Below, piece after piece: positions 27,730-42,079 of a DNA stretch of 64,000 bases (position 1 is the stretch's first letter; each line of letters opens with the position of its first letter). The notes under the pieces are model-generated. The model worked only from the letters and a program-made list of their open reading frames with translations, ran no database searches and was not told the DNA's origin. The translations under genes and the position numbers were made by a program. The stretch lies in assembly GCA_964016885.1 (NCBI GenBank), contig OZ024742.1:176700001-176764000 (forward strand), given 5' to 3'. Source of the stretch: Eledone cirrhosa. Its lineage: Eukaryota.

Positions 27730-27912
27730 ATATATATATATATATATATATTTATTAAAATAACAGATTAAAGTTTAAGCAAAGAATCGCTGTTTTCACA
27801 CTTAACGGGATCTTCTGAAACTCTATTTGCTCTACGGTTCTTATATATTTGATATATATTTATTATTTATCGAGCCCTCTTTAGATTTTAGTCTTCAAAT
27901 GTATTATTATTG

Positions 27913-27975
<63 letters not shown>

Positions 27976-28133
27976 CATTATCGGAGAAAGCTTTTACCGA
28001 TACTCCGGCCAAATCCCAACTCACTCAACAAACATTAGGAAATAAGTGAGTATATTCCTAATTAAACGTTCGGGGTGCTAACTAATTGTATTGTGTGGAA
28101 AATTTGCTGTATTATATATCGAATATATCTCTT

Positions 28134-28260
28134 CCCAGACGGACGTCTCGTTTCATTATAAGATTCCTACAATTTGGGTGAAATTATACCAATTTATGTA
28201 GAAGCTTGTATAAGATCAACATATACTTATTCAAGTGGGCTCTTATAATTCTTAAGTGGG
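28134..28260 (-). ncRNA. Second, diverged copy of the branched-stem-II hammerhead motif (host element about 27980-28340)
   Basis: ccca-CTtAaGA-attataag..cttataat-GAAAC-gagacgtcc-GTC-tggg. Confidence 0.55.
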
Positions 28261-28351
28261 TGCCCAATAATACTAATATTGATAATCAAATCAACATCAA
28301 TATTTAGCGATAATCACCATCAGTGCTTGAGGTAGCTTCCAGGTGTATATA

Positions 28352-28392
<41 letters not shown>

Positions 28393-28442
28393 GCGCACAT
28401 ACATACAAAGATATATAAAGAATAGCTTTTTAAAGGGGAACA

Positions 28443-28486
<44 letters not shown>

Positions 28487-28662
28487 TTGGAAGTAACAGG
28501 AAGCTGTGTGGTTACTAGATAACATGTATGTGAAAATAAAAGGAAAGCACAAGCGGGAGACAATCTCTTCTTCAGTTGTCTGCCGGAGACCACGGACATT
28601 TCAACGCATACTTTATGTTTAATTAAACACATTTTGAAGACCATACGGCCCTTTCCATTCTT

Positions 28663-28764
28663 GTTCAAATCCCGCCGAGGTCAACTTTGCCTTTCATCCT
28701 TACGGGGTCGATAAAATAAAGTACTGGGTGTATGCTGGCCTTGTGCCAAAAGTAGAAAAAATTA
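28663..28764 (+). mobile_element. 5'-truncated tRNA-derived SINE
   Basis: gttcaaatcccgccgaggtcaactttgcctttcatcc...gtagaaa. Confidence 0.85.
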
Positions 28765-29221
28765 TATGTATATATATATATATATAAGTATGTATACGTT
28801 CACAAATAATTAATCGGTTGGTTAGCATTTTGTTACTTCAAAATACTACGTCCTCTTAGGGCATGCATATTGATATGTACGTATGGGTTATATCGAACAT
28901 TAATAATAATATTCGATTTGTTTTTAAACAAAAGGCCCGTTTAAAACTGTACCGTGCCGATGACAAATCATCATCCATTTGTTCAATACTAGCATTGAGG
29001 AACAATGACCATGTTTCTGAGTCATTACCTTTCATCAGGACTGTATACCTCTGCCAATCTGTTCAACGGTTGAAAATATATAGTATTTTCTTAAGTACAT
29101 ATCGACTGAGTAGCCTCATTTGCATTCAAAGCGACTTACGGCTAAATTTGCCGAAAACTGCACCCTAGTGCAGCTGATACATACGTACACACAAACACAC
29201 AAACACACACACCTACACACG

Positions 29222-29255
<34 letters not shown>

Positions 29256-29277
29256 GAGACACACACACACACACACA

Positions 29278-29340
<63 letters not shown>

Positions 29341-29342
<2 letters not shown>

Positions 29343-29810
29343 GTCTGCGAACGATATTTGTTCGCAAGATTACTGTGTAGGGAAAAGTAACAGTAGTTTT
29401 ATTTTTTAAGATATATTTAGCAAACTTGGCACAGTTTGTCTTCATGACTTGTTGTTTCGAGCTCACTCGATAAACCCGCCATTGGCTTTGATGACGGTTT
29501 CAAGGCGGCCTCGGAACCGGCTACAGGCCTTCGTCAATGTCTCCCGACTTAGGCCCCTAAAGGCACTTGTGATCCTGGCCTTCAGATCGTCTTTCGTATT
29601 GCAGCTAGATCTGTTGGTGTCTCGTTCAACTGCGCGCCACACAAAGAAGTAAAGGGGGTTGCAGTCAGGCGAGCTGGGCGGCCAGCTGTCAGGTGAAGTG
29701 TGGTCGACGAAGTTCTCTGACAGCCAGGCTTGGGTCTTTCGGCTGGTATGGCAGGGCGCTGAGTCTTGCTGCCACACGTCCGGCCTACCTGTAGCTACCT
29801 GGTCGATCCA
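29341..29810 (-). mobile_element. Tc1/mariner (maT/DD37D-like) transposase 3' fragment
   Basis: WQQDSAPCH..WPPSSPDCNPLYFFVW..GGFIE; the last catalytic Asp (NPLD) reads Tyr; ends at a TA near 29339-29340. Confidence 0.85.
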
Positions 29811-29811
29811 G

Positions 29812-30799
29812 TATGTGTGTGTGTCTGTGTATTACCTATAGGGGCTTACATCTTACGACCGATTTTCATGAAACTTTACAGGATCATAGATTATTCATCG
29901 GGGAGTGCTTTCAATATATCAGCGTATCGTGTTTCTTTTTATTCCGGGCTCATTCTGCAGATAAAAATCGATAGGAGGGTCACCTTTTTTTAGGTATCGA
30001 AAAATAAGATTTTTGGCTCTAGCCCTCACATTTTGCCACCGATTTCGTTCAAATTTTAAAGCAAAATAGAATTTATCATTGCACATCCCATAATGGCTTT
30101 ATATTTTGCATTTGTTGTTCAGGGACGGCGTGGCAGCCACTTAAATATGCAAAAATACCACTTTTAGACTCAAAATTCTACTTTTTCGGCACTAGCTCCC
30201 AAAATAATCAACCTACTTTGTTCAAATGTTACACTACACTAGATCTGATTATTTTCCGTCTTGAAGTGGCTTTACATTGTGGATTTATTGTTCAGAAACT
30301 GCGTGGCAGCCGCTTAAATATTCGAAAATACCACCTTTTCGCTCAAATTTCCGCCTTTTCGGCTCTAGCTCCCACATATTTCAACCGATTTCTTTCAAAT
30401 TCGAAACTTCGGCTCCACCTCGAACATAAATCAATTTATTTGTTTCAACTTTTATACTACGATAGAACCTATCATTGCACATCTTATAGATGGTCAAAGG
30501 TAAAACAGTGGCCACTGACGTCGTCTGAGCTTTTAGTTGTGATTTTGAGAATTCATCGGTTTCCAATCAAGTAGCGTGAGGAAATTTGGCTTAGTGTTAG
30601 AGGTCATTGCCTCCCTCCCCCAGCATACCCCTTCGTCAGTCACCCGCGTTTCTCAGTGATAGAGGTCATCACCACCCTCCCCCGCAAGACCTGTGTATGG
30701 CTATAAATGAGTCATCGAGAAGCAGTCGCTAAGATCAACACCTTTTCATCAAAGCAGATATTATTTTACCTACCCAGGCAACGCTGGGTAGTGCTGCTA

Positions 30800-30800
<1 letters not shown>
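29812..30800 (+). mobile_element. Non-autonomous Helitron-like element
   Basis: 3' hairpin ctacccag-gcaacg-ctgggtag (30770-30791) then CTAG at 30797-30800 followed by T; recurring ccgatttt..aaa motifs and internal direct repeats. Confidence 0.75.
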
Positions 30801-30836
<36 letters not shown>

Positions 30837-30952
30837 CATTCATATATACATATACATATGTAGGTATGGGTTATTACGAACCATTAATAATAATAGTCGA
30901 TTTGCCGATGACAAATTGTCATCCGTTTGTTCAACACTGGCTTTGAGGAATG

Positions 30953-31087
<135 letters not shown>

Positions 31088-31221
31088 CGTGGAGGAAATA
31101 TCTACGTTTGTGAATGCATGTATGAATATTTGATGCAAAAATTAATGTGAGGGCCTGATATTAAGGAGTCAGTGAAGAGGACATAAAGACATAGATAATT
31201 AGTTAGTTGGAGATGTTTATA

Positions 31222-31299
31222 CAAGGTGTCCCCAAAAGATGTATACATACTTCAACAGCATTCTAATGAAGGTGTGTATACATTTATCGGGACACCTTG
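31222..31299. mobile_element. 78-bp Tc1/mariner-type MITE
   Basis: TA-caaggtgtccc.aaaagatgtataca...tgtatacattt.tcgggacaccttg-TA. Confidence 0.8.
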
Positions 31300-32934
31300 T
31301 ATATATATATAGAGAAGATAGATATCGTAAGCAGGAACGACACCGACTGACAGAGTAAACTCTAGCACAATAATTTTTCCCTTCCTCTGCAAATAATCTT
31401 GCTAGGAGCTGAACATCAAGCATTGAAAGCAATGCGCTATGTTAGCAACAATGATAATAACCTATATTCTTTATTTAGCTAAATCCACCTCCGTTGAAGG
31501 TGCATGCTGCTGCAACAATTGTTGATACTGCTTCTAGTGGAGGTTAAGCCACTGAGATTTGCGCAGTCAGCTCCATAAAGTAGATTTAGACGAAAGCTTC
31601 GGACGTGATACTCTCCCTCTTCTTTCATTCATTCATTCATCCATTCATTCCTTCCTTCTTTCTTTGTTTCTTTCTTTGTTTCTTCGTTTCTTTCTCTCCC
31701 TCTATTGCTCCCACCCATGCACCCTCTCTATTTTTGCAAGAACTTCTCCTTAATCACTATCATAATGATTTTACTTTATTTATTTATCTATTTATTTCAT
31801 CACCACCATCTTTATTAACATCATCATCTCAACCACCATCATCACCAACATCACAAATGAAAACAACAGCAACAGCACCACTGACGCCTTCATTACCACC
31901 ACCAATACCACCATCACCACCACAACCACCACTACCACCACCAGCAATAGTCCTACCATCATCATCACTATCATCATTATCGTTTTTTTTTTCTTCCACT
32001 CCTTTAATCACCAAAGCGTGACATATTCAGCTTTAACCAGAAAACGATATTTACTTTACAGTCACGCAAATCCAAAATCGTCATGGCCGTATCTTTATAT
32101 TTAAGTACATACCTGATTATCTTCTTTCTCTTTTATCTTTTCTCCTTTAGTTTTCAATTCGAAATACTTTAGCATTCACATCTATGAAAGTTCATTCATT
32201 CACAGATAATATGTACTTTGACCACAGGCAGCCAAAACATTTATAACAATATATTATGTCTTATCTTTTCCTTTTAAGAATTTTAGTAATATAGATAGAC
32301 ATATACATATTGCAGAAGTATAAGTAAATGTATTCCACATGTCACCTCTATCAATGAAACTTAAAGGTCAGTCTGCCTCCTGGTACTGACGGACAGGAGA
32401 AGATGACATTTCCCAGGAATATGACGAGGTAGACACGTTAGAACAGCTACTCCACCGGGTGGGGTTTGCACTTGCGGGTAGCCAAATGCGCGTTCAGATA
32501 GCAGTGAGTAGCAATGTGTTCAGGGCGGGGGTGGGGGGGGGACAAGAAACTCGGAAGCCTTCATCGCTACAGACTCGACCACAAACCTATCAGAGAACAG
32601 CCGAAACCTTGACAGTTTCTACTTTTCGGTCTAGATGGTACCGAAGTATGGGCTGGTAGCCGAACGTACCATGTTGCTACCAGAGGATGTGTCATAATAT
32701 GTTATATCCCAGATAAGGATTCTACCCCAGTAGAACGGAAAGTTTGACATTTTCTCTGGCTTTAGCCACCCATTCACAATCATTACGTCATTTTTGGTGT
32801 TGTAATCTATTATTTTAACTTTTTCGGACGAAACTCCCTGAAAACGCAGCTGGTTCTACTATAGAAAGCTGTTTAATTCAAAATGTTTGTCTTCAACTAA
32901 GCATATTTTATATATAATATAATATATATATATA

Positions 32935-33838
32935 TTGGCTCCCTACCTTTTTATCATCGTAGTGGACTATTGTATGCGCCTTGCACTGGAGAAACACCAG
33001 GACTCTGGCTTTACTGTAGCACTGGCTCAGCGCAGGAGAGTTAAGGCGAAAAAGATATCGAATGTTGAATTTGCCGACGACATAGTTTTGGTGAAAAATA
33101 CAGTGAAGGAGGTAAAGGATTTGAAGCAGGAGGTTGAGACTGTGTCGATGAGAGTGGGGCTGACAATGAATGAGACTAAAACAAAATATCTGGTAGAGAA
33201 TGTTGAGAAGCCAGAGGGGATCACTAATGTAGGCGGGAAGCCGCTAGAATTGGTTGAGGACTTCCTGTATTTGGGAGCAAAGATTAGGATACGGAAGATG
33301 ATGTGGTTGAGAGGAAGAGCAAAGCCTGGGCGGCGTGCCACAGCTTGAGATCGGTGTGGAAGTCGGACCTCGTAAAGACCTAAAAATCCGCTTCTTCACT
33401 GCTGTAGTGGAGTCTGGGCTGCTGAACGGATCTGAGACTTGGACACTGACCAAGAAACTCACTCAGATGGTGGATGGGTGCTACACGAGAATGCTAAGGA
33501 TGGCTCTGAACATTAATCAGTATACACTGAGGATGAAAAACTCAGAGCTGTATAGGAGCCTCCCAAAAGTCAGCTCAAAAGTGACACAGAGGAGACTGAG
33601 GTTCGCTTGACATGCCCACCGACATCCAAAGTTGACATTGTACTCAGTGCTCCTGTGGATCCTCTACATGGACACACTGGAAGAGGAAGACCAAGGTTAA
33701 CGTATGTTGATGCCCTAAGGACAGACACTGGTCTGTTGGAGACGCAGGACCTGGCAGCGATAATGAGAGACAGAGACCGCTGGAGAGAACTCGTCCCTGG
33801 ATCTCTGGAATTTTACCCGCCCTAGAATAGAATAGAAT
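32935..33838 (+). mobile_element. 5'-truncated, frameshifted RTE-clade LINE
   Basis: APYLFIIVVD, FADD, FLYLG, GSETWTL, GRGRPRLTYVD, DRDRWR; (TAGAA)n tail. Confidence 0.9.
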
Positions 33839-33877
33839 ATATATATATATATTCTATTATATTCTAGGGCGGGTAAA

Positions 33878-33901
<24 letters not shown>

Positions 33902-33908
<7 letters not shown>

Positions 33909-34330
33909 TTGGTGCTCTGAAATAGCGATATATATATGAATGTATATATAGTGTATTTTGCAAGACATTGTATGCGTAATTAAAAGCATTTTGAAGACCA
34001 TACGCTACTGTTTTAAAGTAGCGACATTGTCGCTTCTTAAATTTTCGGCAGACAGAGGGAGATAGGTTGACAGCTCTGTTTCGTACTTTTTAGTACTTAT
34101 TACAACTCACTACTCTCCCTGTCTGCCAAAATTATATGGGTTGGATTCTTATAGAATTCCAGTAACAATCAGGAACTGATTTTACAGAACGGTCGCCGGC
34201 CCGGCAGCAATTGAAAATTAGAATTGGTGCTCTAAAATAGCGATATATATATGTATGAATGTATATATAGTGTATTTTGCAATACACTGTTTGCTTAATT
34301 AAAAGCATTTTGAAGACCATACGCTTTAAA
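33902..34330. mobile_element. Distant relative of the 310-bp retrozyme (about 1.3 units of about 315 bp)
   Basis: Shared blocks gctctgaaatagcgatatat, cattttgaagacc and caggaactg..cggt.gccgg.ccggcag; degenerate hammerhead on - inside a long stem. Confidence 0.7.
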
Positions 34331-34374
34331 GTATTTCAAAATACATTATATATACATTCATATATATATATTTT

Positions 34375-34700
34375 TTCTTTCTTTATTTATTTGCAAAGTT
34401 TTTAATATAAAATAGTGTGTTGAAACAAATATTGTTATATTCTGGTAGGGTCATATTGTCCTAATAATTCCAAAAATATTAATAAACACACTCACTTAGT
34501 TTTCGCTTCAGTTCAGTATATCTTTATACTTTTATGAATAATTTAGCTGGCACTCAATGTTTATCTTTGACCAACAGTTAAACTTATGAATATAAATATA
34601 ATTTCTCAGTTTCTCGAAGTTCTTTCGTCACACATTTTTCTGTGATATCTTCACTGATTTCCTCCCGTTGTGTGTTTATAACATTTGTGTGTATGTGTGT
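34375..34700 (-). mobile_element. Diverged PLE pLTR terminus
   Basis: gttgaaac..atattgttata..tgg.agggtcat and gttctttcgtcacaca resemble 4240-4500. Confidence 0.6.
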
Positions 34701-35132
34701 GTAGGGGGCTCTGTTTGTATAAGCGACTTAACAGAAGTAGGGTACCAGCTCAAGAGTAGAGCCAGTAAAAAATAATAGAGTATTAATGCATATTTTTCAA
34801 TACTTCTCTTAAATCATTTTTCGGTATTACTTTACTCAGCTTGAGAAAATATACAATAACACATTTTACACAATGTTCACTATGCACAAAGTAAATACTT
34901 TAACCATCACCACTTCCCCTTCATCTTCCCCCTTTGATTTTATTTTCTACTTCATCTCAACACTAATGAAATCAATGCTACTCTACCCGCTCCCTTTATC
35001 TTTATGTTTACTACTTTCATCTGTACTATATCAAAATTATACTAGAGTTAAAATTTGCATCTTACCGAACATTTTCTTGGAGGTCAGCATTGGTGAAAGG
35101 TCGAAATATACAGTCACACTTTCATTATTCGT

Positions 35133-35163
<31 letters not shown>

Positions 35164-35441
35164 CGTGTCTGTGTGTGTGCGTGTGTGTATGTATATATAT
35201 ATATATATATATATATTTATTAAAATAACAGATTAAAGTTTAAGCAAAGAATCGCTGCTTACACCCCTAAGAGGATCTTCTGAAAATTCCGTTATGTGTG
35301 AAAGTAGCGATTCTTTGCTTAAACTTTAATTAGTTATTTTAATAAATATTTGCTCTATGGGTTTTATATATTGGATATATATTTATCCGTATCGAACCCT
35401 CTTTGGATTTTAGTCTTCACATTTATTATTATTATGTATAT

Positions 35442-35623
35442 GATTGGCAGTATCGGTAGAGAGTCGGACGCTATGCTTTCCAGCATAGTTACGTCCCTTT
35501 ACGCTCTGAGTTCGAATCCCGCCGAGGTTAAATTTGCCTTTCATCCACACGGGGTCGATAAAATAAAGTACCAGTAATGCACTGGTTAATTGATGGCCTT
35601 GTGCCAAAAGTAGAAACAATTAT
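35442..35623 (+). mobile_element. tRNA-derived SINE
   Basis: Full A-box, B-box, body and tail as at 13692. Confidence 0.9.
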
Positions 35624-35625
35624 GT

Positions 35626-35672
<47 letters not shown>

Positions 35673-35726
35673 GTGTGTGTGTGTGTACACAGATATATAT
35701 ATATATATATATGTGTGTGTATACAC

Positions 35727-35805
<79 letters not shown>

Positions 35806-36199
35806 AGTGAGTTTTGAAGTTTGCTTGAAGCATTGTGGAATAATAATAATGGTCGTTTTGGAAGCCTCAACAATGCAGATGGGTAAATCTCCGAGTAAAA
35901 GAATCACTCTGTAAGGAGAGATATGTAGTGTAGAAAGAGACGTAGAGAGTGTAGAAGTTCATAGGAAAAGTGTAGAAAATAATAACACGAAATAGATTTA
36001 CATTGGAAGTGATTTAATAGTCCGGAGGAGAACAACACGTTGCCTCCACTCTTTACCCTGTGTGCACACGGTAAACAGCGGAGGTCCCGTGTTGTCCCCC
36101 TCCGACATAACATTTTCCCCCCGTAAAACCACCAGTTGATGGATGTGAAATCCAAAATATAGGGACTATTAAATCACTTCCAAAGTAAATTTATCTATA

Positions 36200-36257
<58 letters not shown>

Positions 36258-37875
36258 TATTAAAATAACAGATTAAAGTTTAAGCAAAGAATCGCTGCTT
36301 TCGCCCTTAACGGGATGTTCTGAAACAAAAAAAAATCAATCTGTGAACGCAGAAGCAAATATTTCGAAAAAGGTTGCAACCGAAAGAAGAGAGGAAGACG
36401 ATACTTTGGTTCGTGGAAACGTTACCTGGCAAAGAACGGAAAGAACAAAGATAATACATCATTATGTGGAGCGATGAGAACAACTACACGCAAAGACAAA
36501 ACCACGTTTATGGTATAATTGAAGTCGTAGACTAGGAAACCGAATGATTCTCGACTTCAGAGTTTAGAATAATGTAAATAAATTACAGAGGTAATTGAAA
36601 TCAACAAGAATTAAATATATACATGCACGCATCCATATACGTACAATCACATGCACACGCGAAAACACCCGCCATGGGTATGCAAATACAAGCACGTACA
36701 CAAAAAACACGCACGCACATACAGAACCCACGCAACGCGTGTACCCGCACACATACGAACGTATACACCAAATACACATAAACATGTATATGAAAAATAT
36801 GTATATATATATCTGTGTTTGTGCGTGTATACATATAATTATATAAACGTATATAAATATACACACATAAATACGTATATTATACGCGCACACACATAAC
36901 TGTTTCTACTTTAGGCACAAGGCCAGCAATTACCCAGTGCATTACTGGTACTTTATTTTATCGACCCCGTAAGGATTAAAGGCAAAGTCAACCTCGGCGG
37001 GATTTGAACTCAGATCGTAAAGGGACGTAACTATGCTGGAAAGCATGGTGTCCGACTCTCTCGCACACACATGTAAATACACATATGTTCGCTAAACGTA
37101 CGTCAACCAAAACACAAAGTGCACATATACACACACCCTACATACGTACGAACCTACATACTCACACAGACCCAAAACTCACCTATACACATAACCATAT
37201 GCACAAGTACCAGTATATATAATATAATATATACGCCTATAACATATACAAGCAAATATACGTGCGATAAAGTATACGTACCTTCACAAAACATACAGGT
37301 AATATATACTTACCTATACAAATAAGTAATAGTATAAACATAACATATACTTAACTACCACATCTACTGATCTTATCGGCCTTTTCCTTCTTTTCTCTAT
37401 CAAGGAAGAATTCCCCAACGTGGGCGGCGGTTTGTACCGTGATGACGGTCTTTTGACTATGACAAAGTGCGGCCCACCTGATTGCGACAGGTTCACTAAA
37501 GAAATCACAGCCCTCTTTAAAGGCTTCACCTCTCCATACACGTTGAGGCCAACCTCTCGGTCGTTACTTACCTCGGCGTTACCCTCAATTTGTCTGCAAG
37601 CATAACCAAGAACCAAAGTATCGTCTTCCTGTTTACCTTCCTGTTTACCTTCCTGTTTGCCTTCGGTTGCAACGTTTTTCGAAATATTTACTTCTGCGTT
37701 CACAAATGGATTTTTTTAGTATCAGAAGATCCCTTAAGGGTGAAAGCAGCGATTCTTTGCTTAAACTTTAATCTGTTATTTTGTTAAATATTTGCTCTAC
37801 GGTTCTTATATATTTGATATATATTTATCTTTATCGAGCGCTCTTTGGATTTTAGTCTTTAAATTTATTATTATT
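36258..37875. mobile_element. Inverted PLE-like termini (family also at 27752-27910 and 35219-35432) enclosing a SINE (36898-37060, -) and an RT fragment
   Basis: attaaaataacagattaaagtttaagcaaagaatcgctg at 36259 is mirrored at about 37745-37786. Confidence 0.7.
37366..37524 (+). pseudogene. PLE reverse-transcriptase fragment
   Basis: TDLIGLFLLFSIKEEFPNVGGGLYRDDGLL..DRFTKEITALFK with the YRDD catalytic motif. Confidence 0.75.
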
Positions 37876-37876
37876 A

Positions 37877-37929
<53 letters not shown>

Positions 37930-39861
37930 TGTTGAAGTTTGCCTGAAGCATTGTGGAATAATAAAAATGTCTTCGACCTCGTTGTACCATAACCGCTCAA
38001 TGAAAATTTGATGCGTAAAAAGCTTATTATAAAAGCTAATAATATGCTGATACTTAATATATTACAAATATATAATTAGACAAGGTATAACCCATTCAAA
38101 AGGTAGGTAGTCAGGATCAAAACTGCACTTGCGTTGTTATTGCGGCAGCCACATTCAGTGGACATAAATAGACACACACACACACACATACATATATATA
38201 CACATACACACACAAACTCACTCACAAACACTCATACACATACACATATACGCTGACATACACACATGCGCACGCACACACACACGCACGCTCACACACA
38301 CATACACACATAGATACACACACACACATAAATACACACACACACACACATATATACACATCCACACATATATATATATATATACGCTGATATACACACA
38401 TGCACACAAACACACACATATATGTGTGTGTGGAGGGATACGTACGTGTGTATGTGTGTATGTGTGCGTGTGTGTGTATGTGTGCGTGTGTGTGTATGTG
38501 TGTGCGAGTGTGTCTATCCCAACGCAAAGAACATATTAATAGTCGATGAATATAAATGATAGTTGCGATTCAAATTCCAGTTATTTCCAATGCTTTTAAA
38601 GTCAATCGCATTATATTCACATACGTGTGAGTGTGCGTGTATAATCGTATCTCTGCGTATATGCGTGCGTGTGTCTGTGTGTGTCTCTATGTTTGTATTT
38701 ATACAAGTCATATATCATCTAGGCGTGTATCTCTGCCACTTGCTATTAGTTGATACTATTAGAGAACTATGTATCATATTCTACGGTATCTTTGTAGCCA
38801 GGAACATTTCCGTGAAGATAATATGGCGCAGGTAACTGTTTTACTTCCAGGATGAATACGTTTGTTTTAATTATCTGTGAGCTGTTTATGGCTGAGATAA
38901 GAGAATTAGATCAGTAACGTAGCTGAAAGCTCTACAGAAATATCAAGCTGTAATGCTGAGACAAATGAAATTATATCCATATCTAACAAACGTATAAACT
39001 TCCTGTATTTCCTCCTAAGATGTGCAAAACTTTGAACAAAGAGAAGTTTCTTTTTAACGTATGTAAACTTAACCGATAGTAATTGAATGAACTTCCGTCG
39101 CTTTCGACGATGAGTGTTTCAGTTGTTCAACCAACGAAACAGCCTGCTCATTAATTAACGATTACGTGATTGTGTCGTATCCATGTAATTCTTAGAGAGA
39201 TTCAGCGTGACCAATGTTGGTCCTTTGAATTCGAAGTACAGCCAAACTGATGGATATTTAAACAGTCGCTGTCTACACAATTTCCCCTACAAGAGATGGG
39301 TCGGCTCCAATATATGATATATGAGACTGGTTGAAAGTAGCATCGCTGAAATCGAACCCTGAAACTAATTATTACCAACTAAACATCTTACACGTTTGGT
39401 CATGCTGCCTCCATTTTAAATTGACTCAGTTCCTCAAATACATAAACACTCATACATATATATGAATATATCTATATGTCTATACATCCCCCTCTCTCTC
39501 TTTCTCTCTCTTTCTCTCTCTCTCTCCATCTTTCTCTCTCTCTCTCTCTTTGTATGTATATATATATATACATAAACACACATAGACACACACACACATA
39601 CACACACATACACACTCACACATATATATATAAAATATATATATATATATATATATAAATGAAAATAGAGAAATTAATGTGAGCAAGAAGCCAACAGTAT
39701 TTCATAATATATAAGTGACTATAACGTCAAGATGGAAAATATTTAACGTAAGAAATGGGAAAATAATTCAAATTTAATAAAAAAAAAAGTCAAGACAGAA
39801 ATTTCATCCACAGATTTTGTGAAATCCAGGGAAAAAAACCAATAGAGTCCTAACTCAGAAT

Positions 39862-40467
<606 letters not shown>

Positions 40468-41831
40468 CATATATATCAAATGGCAGGACATCTGGACGTG
40501 GATCCCACAATGGATCACGTTTTTTATTTAGGGTGTCTATGACGTCCTGCCCGGCCTATCAAACCTGTTTTATACGGCAAATTGCAAACATCAACATACC
40601 CCTTTTATTCCAAAACAGGAACGTTTGAGCATATCAAATGTCGATGCCCCAAAGCACTACGCAAAAAACAATCATGATCAAATCCTCAAATTCATTGCTG
40701 AATCAATCAGCAAGAGGATCAGAGAGAACACACTCACATATTCCCCAGCTAGAGAAGACTCTACAATAGTTGAGCCGGCTTCCTTGCCAAAGCCAGAGAT
40801 AGCGTGATGGCAGCTGAGTTGGAAATGTGACCAAACATTCAATCACATATCCATATCAATCCATGTTAGGACCAGCTCCTTATATTGGAGCTATCTGTAG
40901 CTTGGAGAAGAGGATTGAGCAGACAACGGGGAGGTGATCAAAGTATCTGATGTTCGTGTAGTACGGCCAGAGAAACGAGTGGATGTTCAGGTACATGCCA
41001 GTGGATTTTGGCAGTCGGAGGTTTGTGGCTGATTCACTTAGAACATCGAAGCCTTACCAGATAAAGCAGGAGAGTCATCAAAATCGACATGGAAGCAACA
41101 GCTAGGACATCTCATTGAAAAGAATTGATCTGTTGGGTCAGTATGTACGCCACTTGTAAAACAGACTAAACCTGGATGAACTTTCGTAGGGTCATCTCGA
41201 TGCAGGTGCTCCTTGTGAAACTCGAAACAGAGTAAACCAGAATACAACTCTGCCGATGGATTCACCGAACATTTATTATAAAGTGCTTAATTCGGTTTGT
41301 CTAAAGGAAATCATTCCTTTGTCTCAAATTGGAATTCACCGCCAAAGCGGGGGTTACTTCCCTTGGAGAAAACCACGTGTCTATAGCGAAATTTAATGCT
41401 AGAGCACACCCGCAGAGGCTAAAGAACAGAAGACTTGCTGAAGAAGGAAATCCTTTGTTCTTTCGTCAAAAACCATTAACTGGCAGCCTCCTGCAAGCGG
41501 AATTTGTCGATCTTGGATTTGCAGAAACCTAGCGCTGATGTTGTGTGCTGTATGTGATGTATATCGTGTGCTATACGATATGCATTATATATTTTGCATT
41601 CAGTCTCACCGTTTTGTTCAGGTCAGTCTAAAATCTTTTCCTGAGTCCTGTATTTTCGTTGCTCTAGTGATGCGGCTGGACTGCCGATCGCTATATTTGA
41701 TTTGCTAAGCTGTCTAACCGTATTGCTATTACTATGGGGTACTTTTTTCCCATCCGAGGGCTAAAGCTACACACCGAATTTGCATTCGTTAGCTTGGCCG
41801 CGAACTAAAGCTTCGTTAATGCTGTACTAAA

Positions 41832-41933
<102 letters not shown>

Positions 41934-41936
41934 GTG

Positions 41937-42047
<111 letters not shown>

Positions 42048-42079
42048 ACAAATATATATCTACACACACATATATATAG

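Noticed and set aside
31605-32021. Pro/Ser-rich ORF
   Set aside because: Degenerate (CAC/CAT)n triplet repeat
40560-41270. Possible PLE RT/EN relic (KSTGMYLNIHS on -)
   Set aside because: Too degraded to delimit or classify
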